This document shows, piece after piece, positions 1 to 13,529 of a DNA stretch of 61,916 bases. The stretch's first letter is position 1, and each line of letters opens with the position of its first letter. The DNA is from Octopus bimaculoides. Lineage: Eukaryota. The notes below the pieces were generated by a model, which worked only from the letters and a program-made list of their open reading frames with translations, searched no databases and was not told the origin of the DNA. The stretch spans positions 122,273,759-122,335,674 of the forward strand of contig NC_068984.1 of the NCBI RefSeq assembly GCF_001194135.2, in the 5' to 3' direction. The position numbers and the translations under genes were made by a program.

Positions 1-34
1 TATATATATATATATATATATATATACAAACAAT

Positions 35-88
<54 letters not shown>

Positions 89-109
89 ATATATATATAT
101 ACAAACAAT

Positions 110-149
<40 letters not shown>

Positions 150-788
150 CATCATCATTTTACGTCCATTGTCCCCTCTGGCATGGATTGGACAGTTTAA
201 CTGGGCTGGCATGCTGGAAGGCTGCAGTAGACTCCAGTCTGGTTTGGTATGATATTCTATGGCTGGATGCCGTACAAGAGTGTAATGGGTGCTTTCACAT
301 GCCACCGGCATGGGTGCCATTTGCCTTGGCACAAGTGCCAATTTGTGTGGCACTAGTATCTGTCATGACTGTGATGTTGCTTGGCTTGATGGGTCTTCTT
401 CTCAAGCTTGACATAATGCCAAAGGTCTTGTTCATTGCCTCCGTGAGGCCCAACACTTGAAAGGAACTCACCCACTTTGCTTCCTGAGACCGAACAGTTG
501 AAAGGAACTCAGCCACCTTGCCTCCGTGCGGCCCAACTTATATGCTTTTGTCTTTGTTTCTGTAGTTGTCCCTCGTCACTGTTTGATAACTAATGTTGAT
601 GTGTTTACATCCCCGTAACTTAGCTGTTCAAGATAAGTGACTGATAGAATAAGTACCAAGCTTTAAATAAGTACTGTGGTCAATTTATTCAACTGAAAAT
701 TCAAGGTTTCAAGGTGGTGCCCTAGCATGGCCACAGTTTAATGATTGAAGCAACTAAAAGATACAAAATACTGGTATATACGTGTGTA

Positions 789-872
<84 letters not shown>

Positions 873-875
<3 letters not shown>

Positions 876-1030
876 TTGGCGTTAGGAAGGGCATCCAGCT
901 GTAAAAACTCTGCCAAATTAGATTGGAGCCTGGTGTAGCCATCCGATTGCACCAGTCCTCAGTCAAATCGTCCAACCCATGCTGGCATGGAAAGCGGACG
1001 TTAAACGATGATGATGATGATGATGATGAT
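873..1030 (+). mobile_element. Retroposon family B with a (GAT)n tail, young copy inserted in (TA)n
   Basis: TGGTTGGCGTTAGGAAGGGCATCCAGC...GGACGTTAAACGATGATGATG; closely similar to the reverse copy at 49200-49320. Confidence 0.8.
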
Positions 1031-2607
1031 ATATATTTTTGTTCATATGATGATATCTCCACAATGTGTTGATGAGATAAACATGTAATCGCTACCAAAA
1101 TAGCAAGAGATTTCTCCCCAAAGGTCTAAAGTAGACTCCTTATGCATCGATCTCCTTGGTTACATATCAAAAATTTTAAATTATATATATATAATCAAAA
1201 AGTAAGAACTAGAGATGCTCTATATAGAAAACACATAGTAGTGGTTAAATAATTTGAGCTTAAACTCTGAAATCTTTATCAAAGTGTAGGTTCATGAAGT
1301 AAAGAGTGGTTGTAAGAGAAATGCAGGTGAGATGATATGGAAATAGTGATGCACATAAACACGATTTCGCTTTATATATGTGAATATGTATATGCACATA
1401 TAGATACAAGTAACTAAATATATTCAGAAGATAACCCACATGTGCAAGCACATCGGTATCTATACGTATATGGACAAATAAATTTACATAGAGCATAAAA
1501 ATACAGAATACTATTGAGAGAATGTGTAGATTTTAACTCAACAGCTGTTTGTTGAAGCTCAGAATTATGTAATAATCATAATGTTCATAATTAGTTGATG
1601 AAATGTGCAAAAATCATGGATATGCAGTCAGTAAATGGTCACATATAAATATTACCATGAGACTGGCTTCCTTCATCAGGAGAAAGAATTGGTGATAACA
1701 ATTCACATAGTAGCATATGAGTCAAACAGAATTCATTGAGACAGATTTTCTGTGGCCAGAAAATATAAACATGTACACATACTCCTACTTTACCCTTATT
1801 TCATTACAGCTATTACCAACACTTGCAAAATGTGTGGATGTGTGTGAATATATGTCAGTTTATTGTCATCATTGTAATCTTCAATGTCCACTTTCTTCTG
1901 CTTACATTTGTCAAACAAAACCTGTTGAGACATATTGGAGGCTCTCCCATCACTTATTTGTGCCTGCTTTTCATAGAAAGGATTTTCATCCTATAGATCT
2001 TTGAAAGTGCATAGTGACTGATTGCACTGTCAGGAGGCATTCTTTTCCATTTTCACAAAGACATTCAAGCGAGATCGTTGCCAGTGCCGCTGGACTGGCT
2101 CCTGTGCAGGTGGCATATAAAATACACCATTTTGAGCGTGGCCATTGCCAGTACTGCCTGACTGGCCTTCGTGTCGGTGGCATGTAAAAGCACCCACTAC
2201 ACTCTCGGAGTGATTGGCGTTAGGAAGGGCATCCAGCTGTAGAAACTCTACCAAATCAGATTGGAGCCTGGTGTAGCCATCTGGTTCACCAGTCCTCAGT
2301 AAAATCGTCCAACCCATGCTAGCATGGAAAGCGGGCATTGATGATGATGATGATGATATCAGTTGTACATGCTAGCTTGCTTTAGTGGAATATATTACTG
2401 AGGTATTCTTCTACAGCCATATGCACTTTTTGTCGCTAATCTTTAGTTTTTCAAGTAAGGGGTATCTTAGTACACATCTTCAATGGTGCGAAGCTAGCAG
2501 ATGACCTGTTGATGGGAAATAACGGCAACATCACTGCTTGTAGCTGATGTATTTAGGAAGTGTGAATCTAAATAAATGTACACTTACATATACATATGTA
2601 AATGCAT

Positions 2608-2673
<66 letters not shown>

Positions 2674-3093
2674 TTCTGTCTTCCAAATACACTCGAAGCT
2701 TTGATTGATCCTTGGGTTAAAGTAGAAGACTATATCTATACTCAAGGTACCAAACAGTGAGACTGAACCCAAAACCTGATAAGAAAATTTCTTAACTCCA
2801 CAGATTAATGAAATTGTGGAATATCAACATTCATGCACATATTAACATTTGCACATATTAATCTAATTATGTGCATGTGTGTATCTGTATGTACTTATGC
2901 ACTGTAGTTTCCATCATCCAGATCCACTTACAAGTTATTGGACACTTGACTAAGATGCCACACAATGGGACTGAACCCAAAACCATGTAGTTGCTGAGAG
3001 AACTTCTTAACCACAGTCATGACTTAGTGTGTGTATGCACATAGAACTGTATACATCCACTCATATCTTTTTATGTCTGTTATTCAATTCTAG

Positions 3094-3183
3094 TGTGAGT
3101 GTCCCTTGTTTTCTGATGCAAGGATACAGTCTGACTATTCTAAGACTGTGGTGCTTGTTAAAATATTTAAATCATATCTGCAG
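3094..3183 (+). CDS. Candidate internal or cassette exon of the WNK-like gene (CECPLFSDARIQSDYSKTVVLVKIFKSYLQ)
   Basis: ctag acceptor, 90 nt open in phase 0, CAG|gtaatt donor, then a 79-nt intron ending gcag into the phase-0 exon at 3263. No homology recognised. Confidence 0.35.
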
Positions 3184-3262
3184 GTAATTTTTTTTTTTAT
3201 TGTCAACAATATCTTTAGACTGATTTGATTTCATTGATAGCAATTGTAAAAAATATTTGCAG

Positions 3263-3339
3263 GATGTTTACCATTCAGAAGATCAGAGGTGGCCTTTACC
3301 ATTTGAAAATGATGAAGAATATCGAGAATTAATGATAAG
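3263..3339 (+). CDS. Penultimate coding exon of a probable WNK-family kinase (DVYHSEDQRWPLPFENDEEYRELMI+AG)
   Basis: ttgcag acceptor and AAG|gtatgt donor. The trailing AG joins G at 5022 to give Arg and an in-frame fusion with the large ORF; this starts the coiled-coil motif. Confidence 0.7.
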
Positions 3340-5021
3340 GTATGTGATAGTGAACTTTGCAATATGTTTTATTTTAATCATAATTTATAACTTTCAAAGG
3401 TCATAACATAGAGGTTGTAATATTTTTAATTGTCTTTATTATTATTCAAGTGAAATTTGCAAATAAAGTTTTAAAAATGAAAATAAATTAAAATTTCAGT
3501 TCCCTCTGTATATATTTTTAAAAGATTGCCTTTTAAAGTTCATAGTTGTAACTTCATATTAGCTTTACACGAGTTTCACAAGTTTGTTTTGTTTGCTTTA
3601 TTAACCAGTATATTAAAAGCATAAAACAAATATCAGGTTTGATGAAATTATTCTTGAATAAATTTTTTGAATTTCATATCCCTCATTAGTTTATATGTAT
3701 TTTCTTCATAATACTTAGGGCTAAATGCATGTTTCTTTTTCTGGTGTAAGCTTACATTTTCAAAATACTTGTGGAACATATACTCCTTCCTGGTAAAAGT
3801 CAGAAAATATTATTCCACCATAACTGGAAATCATAATGAAAAGGTTTTTTAAAAATATATATCTATTAAAATCTTTATATTGTCATTATTATTTAAGTGG
3901 ATTGGCTGAAATATTTGAGGTATTTAGTTTCATCTCTTTACATTGAATTCCCTAGGGTTGGTTTTTACTTTTCATCCATCTGAGATCTAAAACAAGTCCT
4001 AGTAGTATTTTTTGTTTGATTTTTAACTATTACAAATATTTAACCTTTACAAATATTTAACCATTTGTCACTGTTAGAACTCCTCATTTAGGATACTTGG
4101 AGCTATTCCTAACTCTTTTTAAAAATCATTAGCTTTTACTTCATTTTTACTCTTATTCAATTGCCATTGTACCGGTATTGAGAAAAATCTAGAAATTTCA
4201 TGACTCCTAAAATTATTAAAGTATCAAAACGAAACAAACTTGTGAAACTCATAGGAGTATGAGAAATATGCTTTATTTTTATGAACTCTGCTTTTTTTTG
4301 GTTTCTCAGTATTGGTTTATTTCTGTTTCTTAATCCTTGTTCTGTCCATTGAATTTGTCTTGACAATGTGAATAAACATGTGGTTAGTCCTAAATAAATA
4401 CTTTTTAAGTTGAGAAAGTTTGAAGTCCCTGGTATTTGTACTATTTCACCCATGTTTTCTGTAATATGCTCAATAAATTAAGAGTAGGTTGAATTTCATA
4501 CTGTTTTTTTTTTCCATATGTATATTGCAAACCCTGAAATATTCAGTTTCAAATATATTGATATTAATTACTTTCATAGGAAAAAGTTGTTTAATTCCAT
4601 TAATGCAAAATGTGAACTGAAATTTTAAAATCTCACAATGCCAAATCTAAAAGAGCTATGAAGAATTCTTATCAGACAAGAAGCTGTCTGAAGATGGTAA
4701 TATTTAGGGCAAAAAATTACTAAGATCGGATATAAGGAAATGTCTTTTTTCAGATGTGGGAAAATGAAATAATGATGAAAATGTTTGTTTTAAAATTTTG
4801 AAAACTAAATAAAAATCATTACTTGATTCTTTAATATGCAATATTTTTTTTATATATTAGACTAGCTTTCTTTTGAAAAATTTATTTTTCACGTGTATCA
4901 TTAATATTTCTTGACTGACTGACTGCAGATTTCTGTTGCAATACAGATAACTGTGTAAAAGAAAATAATTGTTTAATTGTTTGCATAAATGATTAATTAT
5001 AGAATATTTTTATAATTTCAG

Positions 5022-5895
5022 GCAAAAAACAGAATTAGCTGAAATGCAATTAAGGCATAAAAATGAGATTGAACTTTTCCTACGTAAACATGGAATCCAT
5101 GTTGAAGATTTTATTAAACATGTGAATAATGGACCAATGTTGAGCCCAATTCCAGTTACTTTGCAATCTGTCCCAGGCTCTTTAGTATCACCTTTACCAG
5201 TTGGAAGTAGTAGTATTCCTCAAATGGCTGTGAATGTACCAAAGAATGAGGAGCTGTTTTCAGCTAGTATCTTGAAATGTATGGAAAACTTTACAAAACA
5301 ATCTAGAAATCTTTCACCTGATGTGCAAGGACCTTATAGGTCCATCTCACCATATTCTACTTTCAGGTCCCCTGTTCAATCACATTCTGATATGGATCCC
5401 ACCCCTTCTCAGTGGGAAGCATCCTCAAAGGGACAGCAGTCTTTACATCATAAAGGTGATGTAAGTTCTAAATCTTCACAAGGAGACTATTTTTCTGAAT
5501 TGCCATCAGAACATATGGGATCTGGTACTCCAGTCCATCATTCAACTTCTGGGCACAGGGTTTCTGACTATCAGCAACAGAGAGATCAGAGTCACTCTTA
5601 TCAAATAACTGATGAACAAAACCAGGCACAGTATGGCCAGCCAGTATTAAATAGGGTTCCATTTCTCCGCCAGCCATCATTGTTACAGGGTTGGCAGTAT
5701 CCAACAACAAATCTTGTCTCACAAGGAGCCACAGCTCCTACTAAAACTAGTTATTCAGAACCAATGTCAAAGAAAGACATGTTGCAATCTTCTAAAGAGC
5801 ACCACCCCAAAACTCACCCTTCTCAGACAGAGGCTTTTGAAACAGTAATTAGTAAGTCAACAGACCCAAAGACTGACAATCCAAGTAATATGTGA
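5022..5895 (+). CDS. Terminal coding exon of a probable WNK (with-no-lysine) kinase: C-terminal coiled coil plus an S/P/Q-rich disordered tail
   Basis: tttcag acceptor and an 874-nt open frame to TGA. Spliced DEEYRELMIRQKTELAEMQLRHKNEIELFLRKHG resembles the recalled WNK C-terminal coiled coil (human WNK1 ...LRDKHLKEIQDLQSRQKHEIESLYTKLGK). The kinase domain is outside the window, so the family call is tentative (about 0.55); coding status is firmer. Confidence 0.75.
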
Positions 5896-6408
5896 TGCTA
5901 CCACCACGTCTTTCCATTTTCTTCTTGAATAATTGTAAATAAAATTTACTAAGATTACCATGTGATATTTACAGCGAGAACTATAAAAAAAAATTCTGAA
6001 TTCCATTTTCACATAGCTCTGTTTAACAATTTTCTGAATTCTTTCAGAAGAAAAAAATGTTTGCTTTGTGCAGTATTTTCTTTTGCATTTCTCAAACTAC
6101 TTAAAAATGAAAAGGTAAAATTGTCTATTTTCCTTTTATTGATCTTTAGAATTTTGCATGTGGTGCTGATAGGTGTCTTATGATCTGGCTGCCTTCTTCA
6201 ATCAATTAAAATTCTGGTTAGACTTTCATAAAACTAGTTTTACCTAAGAAACTTAGGTTCTTCTTTGACATAGCTCTCTATTTCAGCTTAGCTCATACTT
6301 CTTACTGTATTCCATTTTAGTCTTTCCTGTACATCTTCTTTTTAACTATAAGTGGTTAGCTTTAAATTTTAGAAACATCTTCTCCTATCTGTATATGTGA
6401 AAATATGA

Positions 6409-6456
<48 letters not shown>

Positions 6457-6859
6457 TGCAATTTTTTTCTGCTTAATTAAAAAACAAAATCTGTTTTCTT
6501 CCTCGACACTAAAACCATTATGTTTGAAGAAATGTATTTAATTCTCATCAGTTTCAATTTTACTTCTCAGCTTTGTAGTTTGTCAGTGCATAGGTTTGAG
6601 TTTGAAGAATTTTTTTCCAACACATAGTGATTCTTAGAAGAAAAATATGTTGACTTCATTTGGGTTTGAACATATATTTATATACATGTATGTACCTATG
6701 TTTACATGCATACTAATGTGTGTGTGTATGTATAGATTTGTAAAAACTCATATGTGCATATATGTATACACATGCACACATACATGCTTATGTATGTTTT
6801 TTAAAATACATGTGCATATATACATGCATACATAGTGTATGTGTGTGTGTGTGAGAGAG

Positions 6860-6891
<32 letters not shown>

Positions 6892-6989
6892 CCTTTATTC
6901 TTTTGAGTTGCTTGCTTAGAATGATAAACTGAGCATACTTTACCTGTATAAGATTTGCTTTTTCCTCATTCAATGTCTTTCAAAGCCAA

Positions 6990-7035
<46 letters not shown>

Positions 7036-10000
7036 ATGTATGTATGTATATGTATGTATGTATGTATGTATGTATATATATATATGTATGTATATAGATA
7101 TGTATGTATATATATGTATGTATATAGATATGTATGTATATAGATATGTATGTATGTATATATATATGTATATATATGTATATATATATATGTATATATA
7201 AGGTTTGTTGCACACAATCAAAATTCTGATTATTTTTAAGTGTGTTTTGTTTCTCTTTCTTCTCCTATGTTTGGCTTTTTTGCCAGAAAGATTGCTATAA
7301 AAATTGCAGTTTTTGGTTGTAGTGTTGGAGGTGTGAAGTTATTGAGCACAAGACTACTCTTCATAAATCATATTTAGTATCATAACTGCTGGCATTTAGT
7401 TTAGGGTTTTTTTTTAATATATATATAATTCATCTCTTCTTTTGATATTTAGTCATAGTAAATTTGTTAGACATCATCATCCTCCTGAATCCTAAGAAGT
7501 TTGTTAGCTTTAAATCCATCTATCTTGATACAATCTGGAAGTATTTTCAATTTGTATAGTAAATTACATTATTTAAATTTAGAACTCCTTTAGTAATTAA
7601 AGTTTGAGTTATTACAAATGAAGTTAATATTACCAGAAGATTTCTTCATTGATATGTAACAGAAGGGAAAGAAAATTTTATCTCTACTGTAAAATATTAT
7701 TTTTAAGAATAAGGTAATACTCTAATCATTCTCTTCATATTATCATCATCATCATTGTTATTGTTTTGGTTAGTTTGCAATTTTATGTTACACTTGATTA
7801 CAATTTTGTTAGATTTTACTGTCTCTGTAATTTTAGAGTCAAATTTTGCTTGCTTTTCTGAAATATTTCAGGATGATTATTTTTCTTTTAGTAATAATGC
7901 TAAGATTTTGAAAAGCAAAGCTTTATATATATTTAAAATTTATTAATTTAATGATTTTTGGGAGAATAATAATCAAATAGCCTTAAGTTCTAAATCCAAG
8001 TTATTATTCCTATTGAAAGATTATTTTCGTGTGTATTTAATGTTTTTCATTTGAACTCAATAGTTTTCAAGTATTTCTGTCAGTAAATGTTTGATGGAAT
8101 ACATTCTGAAAGCTGCCCTTACCTAAAACCACACCAGATTTGGTCTGAAAGTTACTCCAATTAATTTATGAAATTTTCATTTGGGTGCTAACTTTTTATT
8201 GATTTTTCTCTGATTAAATGATAAAATAATATGACTGCTGTGCTGTCAATTTTTTAAGTAGATATTGACAATATTTTTTCCTATGTAATTTTTAAGATAA
8301 ATATATTTTTCAATTTTCTTTTTTGATGACTATAGCACATTCCTTGAAGTAGACTTTGTCTTATGACTGATATCATTTGTATTATCTGTCTGGGTCATTC
8401 AAAGAAAAAAATACCAATTGAAAGAAAGATTTGAAATAATTTATTTATAAGAAATAAATTGCAACACGAATAATAAATATAAAGTACACATCCATAGGGA
8501 AAGCAGTGCAGCATCTATTTCGAAATTAAAAGTTAGCAACATATTGGTTAACTTTGTTCTGGTCTGTCTGGCAAACTTCATCCTAAACATCAATAAATGG
8601 ATCTCCTACTCCACCTTCACTAGAGGATGCAAGATTCTTTGTTAGTTGGTCCTTGATAAGATGTGGAATAATACTATTTCAATCAGGAAAGATTTTAATT
8701 TCTTATAATTAATTAGTTTATAATTTCAGCCTTTAACACCTTATGTTATTTACAATTTATTAATGGTTATTATTTGAATGGAGTTTTAACGTTCAACTTG
8801 GTTTTTATTAAGCTAAAGCTTTGCTGTTCTCTTATAGTTTTAATTTTTTATTAAATTTTTGAAGACTAGGCTTTTTTTTTCCACAGATTTAATATATTTG
8901 TTTTATTGTTATGGATAACTTTAATTATTTTGAACATTGCTTTTATCAATTAGAAATGCAAGGTTATTGCCTTATTGTTAAAGTTGTTTACATCTCGCTA
9001 ATTCTATAGTTTGATAGGAGGAACTCTATAAAAAAATTTGATTATTTCAATAATGCTATTTGGATTATCTTCCTGATATTTACTGACTTCACGAGGCTTC
9101 AAATTATCCAAGTCACTTTACTCATTCCAACTGCAATATAAACTACAGTTGAATGTACTCTGCTCAACATATTGCTGTGTAATATGCTTTGCCTTGGCAG
9201 CATTGAAAATAGATGTTTTGTTTTATGAAAAGCAAAAGCCCTTTAATGCTAATATTTCACTAAAATATTTGTCTACATAAATGTTACCAACAAAACAACC
9301 TTTATCATCAGCAATCTTGTCAAAATAGGAAAGTATACTAATGAAATTTCAAAGAATTATTTTTGGGCCTATAACTTTTTGTTTTTAAAAACTTAGGAAA
9401 AAAAATATTTACAAACTAGTTATCTTAAATTTTTTGTCTAAAACATTTAGTATCTGGAAATAAACTTAGAAAAATATTTTTGTAATTAAATATTACAATT
9501 TTTCAGTCACATATTTATTTATTTTTTTATTCCAAAACAATTATTTGCAAAATCAAAATATTGCTGATAGTTTTTCTTTTTAATAATGTTACTTACTGTA
9601 AAGAATTACTAAGATGGAGAAGGTAAAATTTATCAGAGACTTGTTTCTGTGACACAGTCTTCAGGTTTTGTCAATATCTAGTTATTACTTTTTTACTTTT
9701 TATATTAGACAGTTACGTTATGGGCTAAGAAACATAATTTACAGTAAGCTTTAATTCTCACTCTCTTTTCTCATCATTTTCCTGTTTCACACCTTTTGAT
9801 TATTTTTTTTTTTTAACTTATTTTGTTTTCTGTTTCAATCCATTCTTATCACCCCTCTCAACTGTTTCAGTTTTCTAATTCTGAAAATTAATTTAATGCA
9901 AATTAAAATAGCAAAAATGTTGTTTTTAATACAAGCACCACTTTCACTTTATTCTCTCTCTCTCATTTTCTTTGAATTTTTTTTTTTTTATTTATTTAAT

Positions 10001-11150
10001 TTTTTTCTGTTCTTGTCATCTCCTTGAATGTGTACTCTTCAAATTGGATGCTACTTTGAACTTAAAGCTGATGTGATGATTGCCTCTCTTGTTTGCAAAG
10101 TTATTTGCAAATCCTAAATCCTTCCCTTTTTCTTCTCGTCCATGTAAATAAAAGCAGTTACTCACGACCAATATATCTAGATGGAAAAGCCAAACAATGC
10201 ACCTGTACGTGATCAGTATTCCACCTATGGTTGGTGCTGCATTATCTCTTTTGTTTATCTTTATTATTTGAGGTGAGTCTTGTGAAATTTTAGGTCAAGA
10301 ATTGAGTATCTGTGATACTGACTGAGAATTTTAAAACTGATAAGTGAATGCTAATAAGACAGTTGCTTGATCCCTGTGCTGAATATATATTATCTTGATC
10401 CATAATAAACAATCAAGATGGTAATACTATTAATCACTTGCTGATAAATGTGTTTCTTTTTTTTTGTTTTCATTAGCAAATCAAATTTGCTGAAGGATGA
10501 GTGTATTATTGAATTGGATGACATGAGGTTGTATTCTTTGATAACGCTTCTAGTTTTGCAATGATATTCTGCATCACCTACTTTATCAATGCTATTGTTT
10601 AAAGAGTATTTACCAAACTTTTAACAAAGTGCTCTTGTAGTATTGCTCAAAAAGTGAAAACAAAATATGGGAGGTTTTTAAAAGTTGACTGTTTGAAAAC
10701 TGAAAGAAAATTGTAGAAATATGTCCTGTAAAAAGAATAAAACTTGAATGAATATAACAAAACTTCAATCTATAGTAAATCTATCAGAAAGATAATTATT
10801 AGAGGTTGTTCTTGTTTCTATGTTATTTTTTTACTTCAGACACACAGACGATACCACAGTGAACCATCTACTACAGCAGGAGCTATTTCAAAAACTTTAA
10901 GTTTTATGATTTGACATCATCATTGACAGCAGTTTAAATTTTTCAGTAATTTAAGGTGGATTTAAAAAAGTAAATATAGATATGTTTTGGTAAGGTTGAT
11001 TATTATTATTTTATTTATCTCAACATGCACACATTTACACTATAACCATTCTAGAATGTGTTTAACAAGGAAAGAAAATTCAGATTGAACCTGTGAAATA
11101 TAGATCTACTTAATATTTGACATCAATTTAACTGGTTCTCTGTTACCTGG
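5896..11150 (+). other. Putative long 3'UTR of the WNK-like gene
   Basis: Follows the stop codon. Very A/T-rich, contains several AATAAA (first at about 5938) and microsatellites, but no recognisable SINE or MITE copies until about 11220. Confidence 0.4.
6990..7200. repeat. Compound (TA)n/(TATG)n microsatellite, representative of many
   Basis: Direct reading. Similar arrays at 1-148, 793-872, 2607-2669, 14380-14570, 23440-23495, 28075-28122, 36435-36492, 43416-43512, 45130-45360 and 47500-47540. Confidence 0.95.
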
Positions 11151-11221
11151 TTTATGTATGATAATCAGAGTACCACTGGTCGGTTTCAGCTAATAGAAAT
11201 TAGTGAAGAGATGAGGTTTAA

Positions 11222-11416
11222 TCCTTTGGCATTTAAATCGACCATATTTGGCCTAAATATTCTACCAGATTTGAAATCTCACTTTCCCTACAATGTCATT
11301 CTAAAAATAATCAGTCACACCATCAAAATCTTGAAGCTGTGAGATAATGCATGTGTAATTCAAAACAGTGTGAGGAAATAAGCATTGCATTTGATGGTAA
11401 TCTAAATGCTAAAGGG
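11222..11416 (+). mobile_element. TTAA-flanked piggyBac-type MITE, copy 1
   Basis: TTAA|(T)CCTTTGGCATTT...AATGCTAAAGGG|TTAA; family repeated five times in the window. Confidence 0.8.
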
Positions 11417-11976
11417 TTAATGTTTTTGTATTTGAAATAGCAAGTAGCTGATAGATCATTCTATATATTACACAATAGAGAAGATTTGTCAATGAAGAAA
11501 AGTAATTTTGTCATATACTGTGAACTAGCTGGTGTTGATGTACAAGTATCAGACTTTAAAAAGAATAAGTACTGGGGTTGATGCATTTAACTAAAATTGA
11601 CTGGAACAAATAGAAAATAGAATGATAGATCATCATTCTGCAGTTCAAGCAGTTATTTTGTCTTGTAAAGTTCCCAATAATTATTCAGTGAAATCTGTTT
11701 TATTCAATGGTATCTTCAGTTTTGCATTATGTAAATTTGGTATGAGGCCAATTTAGTAGCACAAAATTAGCCTTAAAATTTCTAAATGTTGAATGGTTGA
11801 AATTTCCAAGAACTAAATGTGGTTGAAATTTTCCATGTATTACAAATTTTGATGTCTTGTTCCTACAAATATATATTTCCCTAAACTGGGTTTGAACTAA
11901 AAGTGAAACCTTGTGCAAAGACAAGGTTTCACTTCTCTTAACCAGTTTACCAGCATTCTCTAGGATAATTATCGTG

Positions 11977-12486
11977 TATACCGGTGTGCTGGACAAAATT
12001 TGAACTTCAAAAAATTCACCCCAAAATTCGGGGTCGTCTTAGATACCTCGTATAAAATCTGGACCTTAACTGCCTGTGGTTTAGAGTAGCACTAATGTCA
12101 ATGTAAAATAACCTATGCCTAAGTGACATCACTACAGTAGTGTTTACACCAGCCTGGTACATTTTATGTGTATTATAGTAGGTCATTTACAATATTTGGC
12201 CACTTTTTGAAAAGAACTGTATAAATTTTAAACAACCAAGAATTGTTGCATACAAAGTTTACTGGTTGAAACATAGTTAAAATTCTGTTGAAACACAAGA
12301 AAAGCAGGGCAGCTATAGCTCACCTGATCCCTTTATCTATGAAGCTCACACCGTTAGTGCTGGAGCTATTTTACCATGAAAACTTGGGGTAGTCTTATAC
12401 AACAGGTATAGCTCAACACCCCCTTTTTAAATGGAAATTTGGGGTTGTGTCTTGTACACGGTTGTTTAATATGCCGGCATATACAG
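11977..12486. mobile_element. Possible old non-autonomous DNA transposon (Tc1/pogo-like)
   Basis: Recurrent GGGGTCGTCTTA / GGGGTAGTCTTATAC / GGGGTTGTGTCTTGTAC motifs near both ends; the TIR match is poor. Confidence 0.3.
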
Positions 12487-13529
12487 CAGTCAGTTTTTTG
12501 ATACATTAAGTCATTACATTAATGCCAACCATACTGTAAAGTTGGGTTATCGTCTAGATTGTTAATCAGTATATGTATTGCTTAAATTTCTTTACACGTA
12601 CTTAATGTTTATGCATTATAAATGAAACTGGATTTGGTAAATGGAAACTGAGAGAAGCCCATTGTGTTTATATATAAAGGGTAAAGACTCTCTTCGGTCA
12701 CAAATGACTATTGGATTGCACCTAGAAAACTTCCCTCTGAGGCACAAGTCTGGACAAATTTGTTTGTGGAAAACCTGCAGTCACCCATGTGTACCAACCT
12801 GTCTCCACACCACATGTTATCCAAGGGAAAGGCAAAGGCCAATACAGCTCAGCACTAGTGACATTGCAACTCATTTCTACAGCTGTGTGAACTGGAGCAA
12901 CATAAACTCAAGTGTCTTGCTCAAGAACATGACACAGTCCGGTTCAGGAATCAAACTCACTACTTCATGATTGTAAGCCCAACATTCTAACCACTGAGCC
13001 ATGTGCTTTCACATTATATATATAAATAAAATGTTTGTCTCCTTGTCTTGATAGTTTTAGATGAGTGTCTCTGACATTCATCTCCAGTACTACATGAAAA
13101 ACATGGAGAAATATTACCTTGCTTGGAAACAGGTGAGGGTTGGCAACAAGAAGGGCATCTGTTTCAGTATACTCTGTCAAACCCATGCAAGCATGGAAAA
13201 GTGAACATTAAAATAATTGTAAAGATAATTAGTAGTTGATTATTTCTATTAGAACAGTTTGATATATTTGCATTTCAATAATCTGCTATATTAGAAAATA
13301 ATACAAAGGTATTTGTTTCAGCAGACTTTTAAATGTAGTATATCTGGGATAACAGTAGACTTAATTTGTTGAATCCATGAGGAGGCAGATATACTAAGCA
13401 CCTTTTTTTTTCCAGATGGGTGCATGTGTTTCTACATACACATAATACAGTAAAAGTTTGTTGCAGTCGTGTAACTTCTGCATAACATGAAAACTTAAGT
13501 GTTGTGCTAATTGTTTACTATCGATCAGT

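Noticed and set aside
1680-2004. Further upstream exon of the WNK-like gene
   Set aside because: Candidate acceptors lead to stops or lack a credible donor.
6955-7221. YI/HT/CV-repeat ORFs here and throughout the track
   Set aside because: Translations of (TA)n, (CA)n and (TATG)n microsatellites.
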